Positions 34,351 to 49,620 of a stretch of 64,000 nt of DNA are shown here, in pieces. Every line of letters starts with the position of its first letter. The first letter of the stretch is position 1. Position numbers and translations under genes: made by a program. A model generated the notes under the pieces. That model was not told the origin of the DNA, ran no database searches, and was given only the letters and a program-made list of their open reading frames with translations. Source of the DNA: Eledone cirrhosa. Lineage: Eukaryota. The DNA lies in NCBI GenBank assembly GCA_964016885.1, contig OZ024742.1, positions 113,460,001 through 113,524,000 on the forward strand. The letters are read 5' to 3'.

Positions 34351-35869
34351 CATGCGAATGGATGTGTATCAAGGCTTGCATTATTACACACTTGCTTGGG
34401 TTGTGTATTGGCGGTATGGTAGAGGGGCGGGCAAGAGGCTTTGTGACAAATGTTATAGCCTTTCCGTTCTAATTCCATTCTAGTTAGATGTATTTTTTCG
34501 CCCTCTGGAGTCGAAGATATAACATACCAGTTAGGCACTGCCGTCTATTTAATCGACTTTCACGTTCCCTTGAAATTCCGATCTTTGCTCTCACCTTTTG
34601 AAAAAATGTTTTTTGTTCATTATACATAACGAATCGTATATGCCTTCACATTTATAATACTAGGGATGAATACCGATGCCTTAAATTATCTTACAATACA
34701 TACCACTTTATATATAGAATCTCAGAAACACCATCCTAGCCACGCCAAATCATCATATCTATGCTTTACTATTCTAAATTAAAACATAATATATATATAT
34801 ATAAATACACACAACCACTTACACACACACACACACACACAGGCACGCACACATACACACAAACACACATACACACACACACATATATATATAGAGAGAC
34901 AGATAAATACATACAGCTGAAATATATATATATATATATATATGCGTATGTGCGTACGTTGGTATGTAGATATTATATGCGAGAGGGTGTGTGAGTGTTT
35001 GTGGCTTTGCGTATGTGTAAGTGACTTTTCTGTATTGGCATGTGAGTGTTTATGTAGACATGATCAATAATACAAACAGTATCGATGAAAATAATTTATA
35101 ATTTCAGTCGCATATTTCTTATGCATGTATTTCTGTACTTTTTTTATATTCAGCGTCTGATTTTATCAATGACCCCCATAACTGACTATCTTTTCATGTG
35201 ATATCAATAAAGCTGATTATAGAGAATTATGCAGTTTTGATATTTTGCAACCTTTGTAGAATTTTGCCTTGGATAATATGATAACCTATTACTAACATGA
35301 TATTGAATTTACATGTGGAATTCATCATTATGACACTCATTATCCTTCATGAATATATTAATTTATTGACATATTTTTGCGTTGTTATATTTGTTATGTA
35401 TAATCATATAATCTGATCTAGAAAACATGGTCTGACAGTTTCTCTGACATTCTATTAAACCGTATAGTGAAAACTTGACAAATTTAAAACAGCGAACAAA
35501 AAAATGTGAAAAGTTCTTGTCATCAGCAGGCCAATATTACGAATTCTTCAAAGAAGATTACGTTATAAGAATTCGAGCTTTTTTTTTTACAGTATGGTGA
35601 CATATGAAGTTGGTTTGGGAGCTAGTTATGCGATGTCTATTGTTAACAGCCATACCTCCTTTTCGCATATATTATCAATTTCTAAAAGTTCATATGAAAT
35701 AATATGCTACTTTATTCATTTCAATGTGTTCAGTGTAAACGTTTTTTTCCAGCCAACTCAGGACATGACTGCTTTTATTTTTAAACCGGAGGCGTACTTC
35801 CGCGCTTGGTGTCTTAATATCGTCCGCTTAGTGACCAGTATATGACATTCTTGGGAGATGGACTTTTAA

Positions 35870-36770
35870 TATGTGAGGGAAATAATGATGATTATGATGG
35901 CAATGATTTGTGATGTTTGTAACGGAGATGGATATTACTTATATGTTCAACCAAATGCCTGTTCAGTGCACACACCATGTGATCGGAGTTCTGCTGAAGC
36001 ATCTGGAGCAGTTCAAACATCTTAGGGACCTGTTCATGAGTGCTTAAATGGAGGAGGCTTTATTAAGTGTAAGAATTGCAGGAGTTGGTGCAGTAAAGCA
36101 CCAGCTTCAGCATTCGGTAATTAGAAGAAGGGAAGTAGCCAATAGCTCTATCTTCTATTTGGTATTCGTGGAAACCCTTTACGATAATCATGAATCTTGG
36201 ATAATGACGGAAAGTATACGATGGCGAACATCTGGCACCCCCGGAGGGACTTGGAATAACGTTACTCGAAGGAGTGCATAGTTCGAAGATCAGAGAAACA
36301 CTCCAGGTATACTCGCTACTTCAACGAATTAAGAGATCACAGCACCGATACTATGGGCATGGGATTAGAATGTCTAAGGAAATAATATTTTCTACTTTTG
36401 GCACAAAGCCAGCAATCATCCAGTACATCATTACTGGTACATTATTTTATCGAGCCCGTAAAGATGAAAGGCAAAGTTAACCTCGACGGGATTTGGACTC
36501 ATACCGTAAAGGGACGTAACTATGCTAGAAAGCATGGCGTCCAACCCTCTACCGATACTGCTGGGCTTATATACGGGGGAAGCCAACCGAAAGGAGACCA
36601 AGGGTCAGACCCGAACAAGAACGTTGCATAACATCCATGGGTTTGCCTGGTCCGCGGGTGCTCCAGCCGGATGAGTTAGAGGCAGATGCTTCTGAGAACA
36701 CCCGTTGGAAGAAATGTTTGACAACTCTGCATCTACGACAATCTTGAAAGAAGAAGAAGAAGAATAATAA

Positions 36771-36801
<31 letters not shown>

Positions 36802-36837
36802 AAGAAGAAGAAGAAGAAGAAGAAGAAGAAGAAGAAG

Positions 36838-36866
<29 letters not shown>
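35870..36866 (+). mobile_element. Decayed RTE-like 3' fragment with (GAA)n tail, interrupted by a SINE
   Basis: EQFKHL, LYDNHESWIMTE, RYYGHGIRM, continuing after the SINE with G.RPR-like sequence; (GAA)n at 36747-36866. Confidence 0.6.
36385..36563 (-). mobile_element. SINE copy
   Basis: Reverse complement of the 31500 unit. Confidence 0.9.
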
Positions 36867-36868
<2 letters not shown>

Positions 36869-37424
36869 GCAATTGCAAACGATAAAACATTGACATAAGG
36901 CTCGGTGAGGAATCAAACCTTGTATAATTGGAATAACATGCTAGTGCTTTACCATTACGCAGAAGAAGACTAACACATTTCTCAATTGATTTACAACATG
37001 CTTGAGCGATTGGAGGTAGATGTACATAAACCGAATATACTATTAAAGCTCTGACAGCGTTATAATTTGTTTGAAAATCCGAAAGTTTCAGCGTCCGATC
37101 AGAGAAAATATCTCTAAAAATATTAATTCAATATAAACTGTATTTCTGAAAGAATTAGTAAATAACCTCAACAGAGCAAATACCTCAAACAAAATTACTA
37201 GCAGGGTTCGGCTCCTTATGTTGGTAGACATCGTATTCCCAATTTTCGGAAATGCTGTATTGATTTGAGTAAGAATGTGACTATATAATGTACATTCCCT
37301 GGAAGTCGCTTCCGTCCACGTTTTCCGACTCGAAACTCATTTTACGCAATTCAGTTTTATCTATAAAGATAGAGTGTAATTACATTAATTTTCGGTGTTT
37401 CAGCAATTCATATTTAGAAAATTT

Positions 37425-37549
<125 letters not shown>

Positions 37550-40077
37550 GTAGAGAGATGGATAAATAGATAGTAGATAAATAAATACAGAAAGGGAGAG
37601 AGAAAGAGAGAGAGAAAGAGGGGAGAAATATGGGAGAAAGAGGGAGTGAGAGATAAATACGCGTGTGTGTAGGGGTGTGCGTGGGGGTGTATGTGTGTGT
37701 GTATGCTTGTGTGTGTGTGTGACATTTATAAGAAACCTAATGACCGTCTACTGTAAGTCTATATTCAACTAGTATTTTAATTATCTGAATTGATCGTGAT
37801 CGATAAATTGATAGATGGGGTGGGGCGAAATGTCTGTTGAATGTTCGTGTATAATTCGAAATAGATTAAACTGATACAAATAAATAGTTCTAATTACTTT
37901 AAATTAATATTTTGATAGATCGCTCTAATTTCGCAGAAATATATTAAGATAAATATGAAAACATCGGTGGGTATTTGACAGAATAGCTGTTTCTTAAATA
38001 AATAAAAAGCAACTAAAAATAGGTTTATGGCATCTAATACGTACAAGGTTGGTGTTTTTTTTTCTGAAGGAAATGTATGTGAGATTGGCCTTCTGTGAGA
38101 TCGATGCTATTGATATATTCATCTTGAACTGCAACAAGCTGAATACTATAGGGAACAAGTGGATAACTGTTAATAGATGGCTTCTGAAATGATGAGTAGA
38201 TTGGAACGAATGTGTTCCTTTTAAACTCAGTTGAGCTAGCTTCAATGTAATAAGAGTACTACATGCTCCAGATTTGAAATACCACCGCATAATTAGAAAT
38301 GACAGATTGGAGAGAGAGAAAGGCTGTTAATGAGAGACTTATTCTGAGTCAAATATTTGAAATTACGAGGACACCTCACCTGTTTTATGTATATAATATA
38401 TGCAAGATGAAATGAAAGAGAGTTTATATGGGTATTAAAAAGTTAACATAACATATATTTGTGTTAAGTAATTAAATAACACTACATAACTGATATACAT
38501 TAATATGTGCTTGCTACCTGGAATTACATAAACCGACCGTATATAGATGGAAAGATTTTACAATGTAGTCATAATTGTAATATTACAAGGAAATGGTTAT
38601 ATGGCCATACATAGAAAGACTTTCTGCTCGAGTGTGTTCGATGTGTGCTACCCTGGAACAAAAAAAGCAAGATCTTACATTTCTTCTGCCCCATTCATCA
38701 CTTTTGGTGCAGATAGTATGCATCTCTGCATTAGTAGTTCCATCATTTCTAATACCATATTTTTTTCTGTAACTTGTTATAAATAATGCCTCTAGTTTCT
38801 CTTTTTTATTCTTATCAGAATTTATCTTAAAATTCTCACTGTCGACACAGCATTAAAATTAATTGCACCTAAAAATGAAATGATTGCATTAGCTTCCAAA
38901 TATTATGAATAACGAAGAGGAAAATGAAACATAACACCACAGTAACTAATTAAATAAGTACCAATTATGTGGGATCATCACATCAGAATTAAATCATGTC
39001 GGTGAATGTGAATGTAAATATAGATGAAATAAACTTCGAAGAGAACTATGACAGAAGTGAAAATATTAAGGAATGAATTGCATACAAATTCAGCAAAACA
39101 TGATAGGTATATGTGTTCAAATATTTCGCATATTGGTAGCGCAGTAAAAGTGTGCTAAATTTAAAATCTCCTTTGCAAACTTTTTCCTGAGAGGGTCGTG
39201 GGCTTGGGTGGGTGGAGATTTCTAAAAAATTCTATTCAGTGAGTCCTGTCTGAAGCAACCGTATCCAACTAAATCAGCTGGATCTCCGAGTGAGACCAGT
39301 CTAGCTGATGGTTGTTATTATTGGGGTCTAACCGTCGCGGAGTAAAACCTTTTAACAATTCTATTATGATGAAATATGACTGTTATGAGAGCAAATATTA
39401 ATGCATGATTAGCTAATATAACCGACAGCCTCGTTCAATGCACTATATACATTTATATACAAGAAAATGCGAAGTAGTTTCCGATGTTAAAGTCCTTTAT
39501 TGGTAATGCTGTGATACATATTTCAATGACGACAGTGGGCACACAATTCCGTGTACCCAGTGCCATGATATCATCATACAGCTTCTTACATAATAAGGTT
39601 ACATTCCCGAGGCAATCCAAATTGAAACAACAAGGGAACGGCAGAGCGCGTGTTCTTGGATCCTTCACTCATTCCCTTGTGAGCCCCAATTCACCTCCAC
39701 CGGTGTGCGCAGGCACAAATGTGAAGGAAGTTGACCATGCACTACTCCAAAACTCCAGGAAACTAGGCTAGGCTGGTGCCCACCCCCTCAACCAAACAAT
39801 CGCCCCCATGCGCCCGGTAATATGACACGGTTATAGCTTACTGCTAGTCGCCGTGACAGTAGCCGTTGAGCAAAACCAGGTGGTGGCAGTGTATGAATGT
39901 CAATAGGTTTCGATACTACCCCTAATTGACGCTTGGACAATAGAATTGACCATCACCCACGAAGAGAATCTAAACTTAATTATAGATATTATAGTTTCAC
40001 AGTGGAAATTAAGAACAACAATTAGAAATTGAAATTTTCATTGAAGTAAATAAAACAAATAGAGAAATATATATATA

Positions 40078-40264
40078 TAATTGTTTGTACTTTTGGCACA
40101 AGGCCAGCAATTACCCAGTGCATTACTGGTACTTTATTTTATCGACCCCGCAAGGATGAAAGGCAAAGTTAACGTCGGCGGGATTTGAACGCAGCATAGC
40201 AAGGGACGCAACTCAATGCGTCAAAGAATGTCGTCCGACCCTCTACCGATACTGCCAATTCACC
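40078..40264 (-). mobile_element. SINE copy
   Basis: Full-length reverse complement of the 31500 unit. Confidence 0.9.
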
Positions 40265-41696
40265 TAAATGAATAATAAATAGGGAAATGTTTAAATTATA
40301 GTAAGAAGCTTTGACAAATGGATGAACATTACAGATATATTATCCATATATAGAACGATAGTACCGTACATTAGAACGGAAGTTAAATTAAAGTATGAAA
40401 CGCTGTAATTAGGTAAACAATTAGTTAATATCTTCTTCTATCACATGAATCAAAACAAAAAGTACATAGATTTAACATGCGAGAGGAATACATATGAGAA
40501 AACATTATATTTAATATTTAAGGGTTGAGTAAAATATATCAAAATGTAATACAATAGATGTGTAACAAAATCACAAGATTAATGCAGAGATGTCTAACGG
40601 ATATTTGTGTTGTACGATAAGTGGATAGATGGAATTGTTGGTATGATGGTTTTGTTGGTATGAATGTTTCAATGTAAAGAATAATACCAGGGTTGTGTTG
40701 TTAAAAAGTTTATTTTATTATAACAATATTCAAGTTGAATGTTGAATGATAAAATCTATAACACGACATATTCGTACAATAATTCGGTGGCTCTTCGAGC
40801 CACGTAATTACAAGTATCACAGAATACGTTTATAATATAATTTGAACTGCATCCGAAAGATACAATGGGAATAAACAGAAATGGTGCTTGTAAAAATGCG
40901 AACAGTGTGAACTTACTATGAATGCGTGTGTGCGTATCTGTATATTTGCTTGTTTTAACAGTAGTAGTAAGCGATAAGGCCGGCGGGTGAGAAATTAGTG
41001 ACAGACTGGTTTTTCGTGACGAGAGCTTGAAAATGCGACTTGTCTTGTCTGTATATCACTTCTTTTCTGTCGGGGCGTAAACATGACTTGTATTGATAAA
41101 GGTTGAAGTTAGAAGGATAGATACATCCTCTGACCTTTGGTTAGTTGCTCCCAAGGGGTTGGTTTTCTAGGGGAAAACAACTCAGAAAGATGGATATATC
41201 CTCTGAGCTATTTTCTGTCAGGCGTAAACACCTCTGACCAGTGTTTATCATCTCCCAAGGGGTTGGTCTTTCGAGCGTAAACAACTTACCACGGCTTGTC
41301 CCAAAGGCAGGGAAGCTCAGATTCAGTTTCGAATCTCCGCCGCCGTTATAGATGTAAACGAAGCAAAACAGCAAGGTTCTAACGACTTGAAGCTACAGGT
41401 GCTTGTTTTTAGAACATTCTTCTATGCGCTTATAACCAGAGATGTAAGGAGCAAACTGTCTGCCATTGGACATAGTGAAACCTTTAATCCGTGGGTTGTG
41501 AACTAGAGAAGGAGATAGAAATAATTCATATTTATATAGATGACACATGTGATTACACGCAACCCGAGTCGCAGATGATCTAATAATAACGATGAAAAGA
41601 CATTCAATGACTTCAAACAGCATGTAGTGACGCAACATGTATGGACGCAAGCACACGAATTTACACATTCACACAAAGACAAACTATAACGCATAA

Positions 41697-41797
41697 CGAG
41701 GTTAACTTTTCCTTTCATCCTTCCGAGGTCGATAGAATAAAGTACCAGTAATGCATTGGGTAAGTGCTGGCCTTGTGCCAAAAGTAGAAACAATTAT
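41697..41797 (+). mobile_element. 5'-truncated SINE copy
   Basis: CGAGGTTAACTTTTCCTTTCATCC...GCTGGCCTTGTGCCAAAAGTAGAAAC. Confidence 0.85.
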
Positions 41798-42152
41798 GTT
41801 AATCTACAACCTATAACATATCACTGATCAACACACCTTTGAAAATCGTTGGAAAACATCAATAAACAAACACAACGACACACAAACACTCATAAACATT
41901 TCCACTTTGATTGTTTCGGCTCACTTGAGCTGTTCAGGGCGAACTTCTCTTTTCTCGGCTTCATTTCCCTGCGATGACTGGAAAATTACCACAAGTGTAA
42001 TTACTTTGCCACACTCCAATTTCCAATCTCCACGTTCCTTTGTTTCACATTTTTCTGCTTTCTAAATATCATCTCTTCCATGTGTTTTACAAAATAAAAA
42101 AGCCACCTCTCTCGAAAGTTATTTCATTTCGGACCAGAATGAATTAATGGAA

Positions 42153-42154
<2 letters not shown>

Positions 42155-42235
<81 letters not shown>

Positions 42236-42256
42236 ATGGTAGTAGTAGTAGTAATT

Positions 42257-42292
<36 letters not shown>
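42155..42292. repeat. (GTA)n microsatellite
   Basis: Directly visible. Confidence 0.95.
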
Positions 42293-43479
42293 ACGATAGC
42301 AGGGGGAGGAGGAGGAAGAGGAGGGAGGAGGAGTGGGACAGAGGCATTAGTAAGTGGTAAGCCAAACAGACATGTGAACGAATTATTGTTGCTAATCTGC
42401 AAAAAAATGAATATAAGTTGTGGTAGCCGTTTGGTAATACCTTTTATAATTGCTCTTATTGTTATTGTTTATATGTTCATGCCACACCGTCGATACTTCA
42501 GGTTCTCTTCGGACCCTGTACTCACGAGCTCTTCAATAAAATCGTAAAGTCAGCAGCCCGTCTGAGGAAGCAGCCCCACGAGGTGGAGTGGCTGTTGCAG
42601 TGAGTGTCGCTGGAGATTGTCCAGGTAAATGCATTTGCAGTTTTGTCTACAAGGAGAAGTCGAACAACTAGGCATAGAACTCATAAACTTATCTCCTGTC
42701 CCGTTCCTTTCATCTGTGGGCCATCAGTCCTTGCTTTTCCCCTCTTTTCCTCTCATTTATGTCATTTATATTCCTTTCATCTACTTTCCCATCCATACAT
42801 ATATACCCATTTTTACCACTCCAATCCCTTTCTTCATTACTCCATTTTGTTTTCATCTTTCTTTTTACATATTTCCATCATTGCATAATTTATTTCTGTA
42901 AAATATAATTGACATAATAAAAGTTCAGTGTATAAAATATTTCCTGATTTATATATCGTATATAACATCTAAAGTTTATGAAGGATTGAAATATACTCAT
43001 CCAATATCATCTATGTTTCCTTATGAGATAAGATATATATGACTGTGGTCGCTTAACCAGATTTTATCTGTCAGCTACGATTCGGAAAGAAATAGAAAAC
43101 AAGTCACTAGTTGACTCTAATGAGCGAATCAATTTATTTATTTATAATTTGTTTATACTCTAAATAAATAATGATAAATAAAAAAGTGTATATTGATTGG
43201 CCACTAGGGCCAACATTTAAAGAAACATAAAAGACACAGGTACAGAATGGATTTACATAAACATATAAAACTATATAGCATGTAGCAATTAACAATAAAT
43301 TGCAAACAATAAATAGTCCCAAGGTTTAACATACAACTACAGTTTATAAACCATCCTCATCTCCAACAGAACTATTGAAATGAGGCCTTCTTGTCTCTAA
43401 ATTTTCAAGACTGGTCAATGTAAGACCATTCATAAGGCCCACATGATTGAAGCTGACCTAGTCAAAAGGGATATATATC

Positions 43480-44330
43480 TTCGTTATATTTACCAATTTT
43501 TAACCATGTGTACATCTCTTTCAAATTGAATTTGAAAACATTGAAGAGCGCTTGGCCGAAGGCAAAAGGAACTGCCTTCAATGTTTCAGTCGCGTCAACC
43601 ACACTAATTCATTCTCTCCATCCACTAGGAAGGGAAACTGCAAGCCGTTCCCGGGAAAAGAACGTGGCAGCGCGTAAATCCCAATAGAGTTAGCGAATAA
43701 CCAGATCCGTCCTGCAGGAGATAATTGCTGCTTCACGAGCCATCATTACTCGCAAATTTAGCTAGTGCATGCGAAACAGCTTCATCGCTCTGAGAACATG
43801 ATAGACAGGTCTTTCAGATAGCACGCTCGTGCCTGAAGAGTTTGCCCCGATCTGGCAGTGCCCATAGTAGTAATGCCAAACCTGATATTTCCCGAAATAA
43901 TCCATAGTCCTTGGCTCTCCGGAATAGAATGATCACTTTGATTTCATCGATGCTGAAACTTTCTTGGAAACATCATTCAGGTTCACTACTAGTCCTCAAT
44001 ATAACGCTATAAAAAAATGTCCACTTACCACATTGCTCGACAATCATAGAGACGAGCTATAATACAAAATGGCAAGTATTCATGTCTACCATTTAAGAAT
44101 ACGTAGAAGTATCGTAACCTAAGAGCATGTTTATGATTCGTCATCCATAACAAACAGAGTCCTCCGCGTAGGCACTGTTCGCAGCAGGTGAAGAAGAAAT
44201 TTGTTAAGGCGGCATGCCGCAAAGCACGATGGTAAGATGGTAATAGATAATGGATGTTATGTAGGCACTCGCAATCTCTGACGGGCGTCTGAAAGATATA
44301 CATATATACACATCTCAGCTAATTGTTGGA
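43480..44330 (-). mobile_element. Decayed Tc1/mariner-superfamily transposase remnant
   Basis: FSIDE-like, YLLQDG and W..R remnants occur in the order expected for a DDD/E domain. Confidence 0.4.
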
Positions 44331-45779
44331 CAAAAAATGGCTACCCTCCTAATTATCTCCTCTACGTTCTCAGCCAACTGGAGTCTTGACCTAATCAGAT
44401 CAAGTACCGCCGTTTCTCACGCGTCCGACAATGATGTTGAACAGCATCGATTCTCTCTCAGTGGCGAGCTGCTGATACACTGACCTTACCGCGTTCATCT
44501 TTGCTCCTGTCAGTGTTTCCTATACCTCTAAGAAATTACCAACCAACTAGGTATCCACAGATTTTCACACAACCGTGGTGACCTAGTCAACCTAAGCAGT
44601 GGCAGCCTTTCTACGTTCCTGCTAAAGCTGGATACTTTGCAAAAGCTCCAGTTTTCATACAAGTGGCTTGATAATCATTAAGTACAAAGGGAGGAGAGAA
44701 GGCATCCTTGACGAATCAAATGTTTATCTGGAACTTCACTTACATTGACCTCCGAGATGAGGACACTGTGCATTGCAGTTATCTAGTCTCTGAATATGCA
44801 GTGAAACCGGCTGCCTTTTCGATATACTTTAGATATCAGACGTTAAACCTAATGAAAACCTTCGATTCATCAGAAACCCATCGCAACACATACCAGTATT
44901 CACCATGGTTCTTTACCATGAAATAAATGGAACGGATGATGGATTTAATCGACTTCAAATTGCTAGATCTATCTACAATGGATAGTTCCACCATATTCCC
45001 TTTAAGGACCTTTCAATTTGGGCCTGATGTGCTGTTTCTAAGCGCTTCGCTTTCACCGGATAACTGAGAATTATTCTCTCTACTTTGAGCACATTTGTGA
45101 CATGGGTCCAGCAGGCATCCTTGCTGAACAAGGATATTTGAAAGACCTCCGCTGTTGTAGAAGCCGCTGATGATATGTTGGTATTAGTTTTATTACTTTC
45201 AAGGTCTCTAGTCTCTCTTCTGCTATTACTTTCTGTCTTTGAACAAGTAATGTTAACTTACTGTTTCTGTTATGTTCATGGTGTTGATATTGGAGTCAAA
45301 TTTAGTTTCATGTTGTGTTATTTGAAACGTTCTTTGGTCCTTATTCGAAATGATCACTAAGTGTGCGTTTGCTGAAGTTGTTAGACATGTTAATACTATT
45401 GTTGCTATTATGACTGGCATCGGTCTGAAGTTCTTATTCTTGCTCTAAGTAAAACTTGCTACTTTTTTTTTATAATTTTCTTTCTAACCTTATTGTTGTA
45501 TTTGTCGTTTTCAACGTCGTGCCCTTTGATTTGTTTGTGTACGAGCCACCTTTGAATATTCTCTTTCATGATTTTGAAACGAGGCTTGCAATTTATTCTC
45601 CTGCACACTCTAGGATCGAATTTAGTAATTGAATAACAAATGCTGAGTGCACCTTTTAACACTGAATTACATATGAGGTAAAATATGAGAAACCTATGAT
45701 ATAGAAAACACGGAAAATGTTAGCGGAGACATCTAAGCAAGTTCTTTGAGAGATCAGTGTAGCCGGAATAATCTGGAGA

Positions 45780-47240
45780 AATAATAATAATAATCACAGG
45801 GAAATGTCCATGCCGAATCTAATCCAATGTCTACAAATAAATCATGTTGTTTATGAAAGAAGAATGAAATGGAGTTAAAAACTTACCGATGTAGATAAGA
45901 AGTGATATGACGTAGGCAAACCTGTTGTAACAGGTTTTAGAAAAAATGATATTAGATTTGGAAAATACTTGCAATTGAAACGGTTAATATAAACAAATTA
46001 GCTTGGTGGGATATTTTCATTGACAGTAATGAGCAGTAATGAACCAAGATAAAAGCTGCAAAAGTTGAGAAATTGAAAATAAATAAGCAACAGCAAAGGG
46101 AGGGAATTTTGTAAATAGAGGCAATCTATCTAGAATCACCTGGATACATGAACACATACAAATGCGGTTGAAATAGCATTGGCTTAAACAAATATAAACA
46201 GAGAACAGAAAACTGAATATCTTGATGAGAATCAAAAACATTGAATACATCTTTCAGATAAGAGTGAACATATTACAGTCGTACCAAAAATGTGTACTTT
46301 TCAATGTTGAATTCAACGCAACATCACAAAGGATAATGCTAAAAAAAAAAGAAATAGTGGAGCAAAGAATGACAGCAATGCAAACTAAGGTGACGCCATA
46401 TGAAACTTGAGGGAGTAAAATGACACAAGAATGAAGTATCAAATACAGTGATGAATAAACAGATTTGGAGTGATATTTGAAATTATATTGAAACATGAAC
46501 TCAGTTGCATAACGGTTACGAACACAGGAACAATATCCATAATCATTTCCATCACAGCAATGAAACAATGGAAAAAATAGAAAATCGTGTTGTGTTTGAT
46601 AGAAAAACGAGAAATGTGTTTACAGATTACTCAGCCTCCCATCCACAGGCAGATGTTGATAGACTATATTTCAAAAGAAGAGGACGACGTATCGGTTGAA
46701 AAGGGTATACGTCTGTTTGTTGATTGAAGCAGAGTGGTTGATGAAATATGAATCTTAGAATATATGCTTTTAACAGCAATATCAGGGGGAAAGGTGCTAA
46801 ATGAAGGTGAATCCTGAGAAATAGAAGACAACCGTTTCAGAAAAAAATGTTACACCAGAATTTTTTTTTATTCCAAAATACTAATGGACATCCAGATGAG
46901 AAAACAATGTCTAAAGCGAGCGGTGGGAGTTATAGAAAAAGGAAAAGATCGAGTGAGCGAGTGTTGGCATGTTTCCTCAGGAGATTGGGTTAGATATAGT
47001 ATCAGAGAGAGGGCGTGATTATGTGGGGCTGCTATTAGACTCACAGGATCAGGCATTCAGAGCGAGATATACGAAGTGGAACATCGATAAAGAATATGTT
47101 TGAATTCCAACTAGGGAAGAATTGGTATGAGCAGAAATCAGAAAGTATCGTTGAAAACAGAAATGTAAACGTATCTGAGAAATAGAATGTTCGGGCGTTT
47201 AATGAAATAGGACATTCATCACTTGGTGCTATTATAATTA
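45780..47240 (+). mobile_element. Highly decayed R4/Dong-like non-LTR fragment
   Basis: HPQADVDRLYFKR matches HRPNADIDRIYLPRKEGGRG of the 58-62 kb element; (TAA)-like flanks. Confidence 0.6.
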
Positions 47241-47249
47241 TTAAAGAGG

Positions 47250-47440
47250 AAAGGGCGGTGGTTTGGCCGCGGAGGGATACGGCCCTTTACGGCCTGGATA
47301 CAAATCCGACCAAGGTTAGTTTTTCCTTTCATCCTTACGGGGTCAATAAAATAAAGCACCACTTTTGCACTGGTGGCGATTTAATCGAATTTGCCCACCC
47401 CTCAAATTTTATGGCATTTTGCCGAAACCAGAAATCCTTA
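47250..47440 (+). mobile_element. Diverged SINE copy
   Basis: CCTTTCATCCTTACGGGGTCAATAAAATAAAGCACC core. Confidence 0.75.
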
Positions 47441-48316
47441 CTAAAGAGAAAATAGGAATTTTCTCCTCAATGATGCAAGGACATTTGTTAATAGTGGGTC
47501 ACTAATTGAATGTGCAAGTATAGCAAGGTACTGAGAACTGAAATATGGAAGTGCAGACAAATTAAAATTGCAGAGAATTTCAAGTTATCATTGCAATATA
47601 TGAGGAGTTAGTATATATATATGAGGTTAGTGGCTAGTTTAAATGGTACTGTTAAAAGAAAATTCAGAAGGTTTGTTTGCTTGATGCAGAATGACCCACG
47701 CCAAAATGGATCGATACCTAAACGAGCTGGAGAATATTTGTTTCATAACATTATAAACTCCGGCCGAGGAAGAAAACACTGAGTAAACATAAGAAAATAA
47801 TGATCTATTATGAAAATAACATTAATTATTTCTATATAATAAATAATATATATATATATTATTTTTATTCGTGTATTATGAATATTATATATATATAATT
47901 TTTTTTTATTTACATGTAATATACAATGCATATATATACTGATATTAAAAAAATAGCTGCATCTGTATGTCAAGCGAACTAAGCAAATATTTACGTCTAT
48001 TATGTTTCCAGCCTACACAATCACTCACATGCATATACAAATAAACAGATTTCAACATTACTCACATCCACAGTAGTTATTATTCAGGTACATTCAAGCA
48101 AATAATTACATAATATATCCAACGTACATAAACACACACATACACACAAACGGCCACATACACACCAACATAATGACATGCAGAGTCAGATTTAAATAAA
48201 GTATATGATTAAGAAATAATAAGTGAAGAAAATCGGACAACATTTTCGAATAAAATGACCGACTAAGGGAAAGTGATACGTAGATATGTAGATAGATAGA
48301 AAGAGAAAGAGAGAGT

Positions 48317-48352
<36 letters not shown>

Positions 48353-48499
48353 AATGCAGATAGCAAAACCATACACACCATATATATATATAGGTGTGTG
48401 TGTGTGCGTGTGAGTGCGTGTGGGTGCGTGCATATATATATGCACAACATATACATATGCACAAACATACCCACACATACAACTATATATATGTATATA

Positions 48500-48557
<58 letters not shown>

Positions 48558-48735
48558 TATATTTACATGATCATGTGTGTGCGTGTGTCTGTCAGTATAT
48601 AAAATATGTATTCCAAGAATACAGGAGGGAGGGGAAAGTGTGGAGGGTACGTTAATACATTAGATATATGATTAATTTAAATTCAAATATATGAAATAAA
48701 ATGTAATCAAGTAATGAACTTGTTTATACCTGCAG

Positions 48736-48758
48736 CTATGTAAACAAGCCTGACAAAG
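48736..48758 (+). other. Candidate 23-nt microexon
   Basis: Acceptor cttgtttatacctgcAG and perfect donor AAG|GTGAGT; open frame xYVNKPDKx. Confidence 0.3.
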
Positions 48759-49554
48759 GTGAGTAATGTGAAGTCTTGAGAAATTCAGTTATATCTTTTA
48801 TTGAAATACATTATGATAATATTAAAAGATGGAATATTCTATTCAGTGCATTGAATCACAAGGCCTCTGTATATATGAGCACTTCTGTTCATATTCAGTG
48901 CTCCTGGCTTTGTGTGTATCTATACGTGTTATTATGCATATGTGATAAGGAGATTTCTTTATGTCGTATCTCTGCTTATGATTGTTTTTCAGAGTAGCAT
49001 GTGTATGCTCGAAGAAGAGAATTCATACACAGTGACTGTACACAAACAAGCACAAACGTACACATTCATATATATAGAAACATACATACAATATATATAT
49101 ATTATGTGTTTGTGTGTATGTGCGTATCTATAATTATATATATGTACATAATATGGATGGGTGGGTGTTTATGTATAAAGTAAAATTAAATAGATTTCAT
49201 TAATGGCATGAAGAAATTGTAATGTCTTAATGGTTAATTATATTTTATAGATAAAATGTAAAAAATATAAAGAAAAATCATAATTTCATACATTTAACAA
49301 ATAACATAGTAAATATAAAATTATTGAAGATAATTATTGAAGAATTTTGAGCAAACTTAAAAATTATTTTTTATCTGCTCAGTGATTGTTCCCATATTTA
49401 ATTATCACTACGTCACATACAGACATACATGCTCACGTATGAATTTGTAACCGAATGAATAATCGTCTATAGACGCGCAGGTACACACACATAAATACAC
49501 ACACACACACACACCCACATATGTATATATATGCATTTATATACACACACACAC

Positions 49555-49620
<66 letters not shown>

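Noticed and set aside
38030-38860. Protein-like open frames and a GTAAG donor on the minus strand
   Set aside because: No consistent acceptor-frame-donor combination and no recognisable domain.
40787-40804. GTGGCTC-TTC-GAGCCAC hairpin resembling a histone stem-loop
   Set aside because: 3-nt loop, non-consensus stem and no histone ORF upstream.
41905-42605. HHR-like motifs CTGAACA...GAAA (minus, ~41910-41937) and CTGAGGA...GCAG (plus, ~42563-42600)
   Set aside because: Stem II is present, but core nucleotides are wrong and stem I is not supported.
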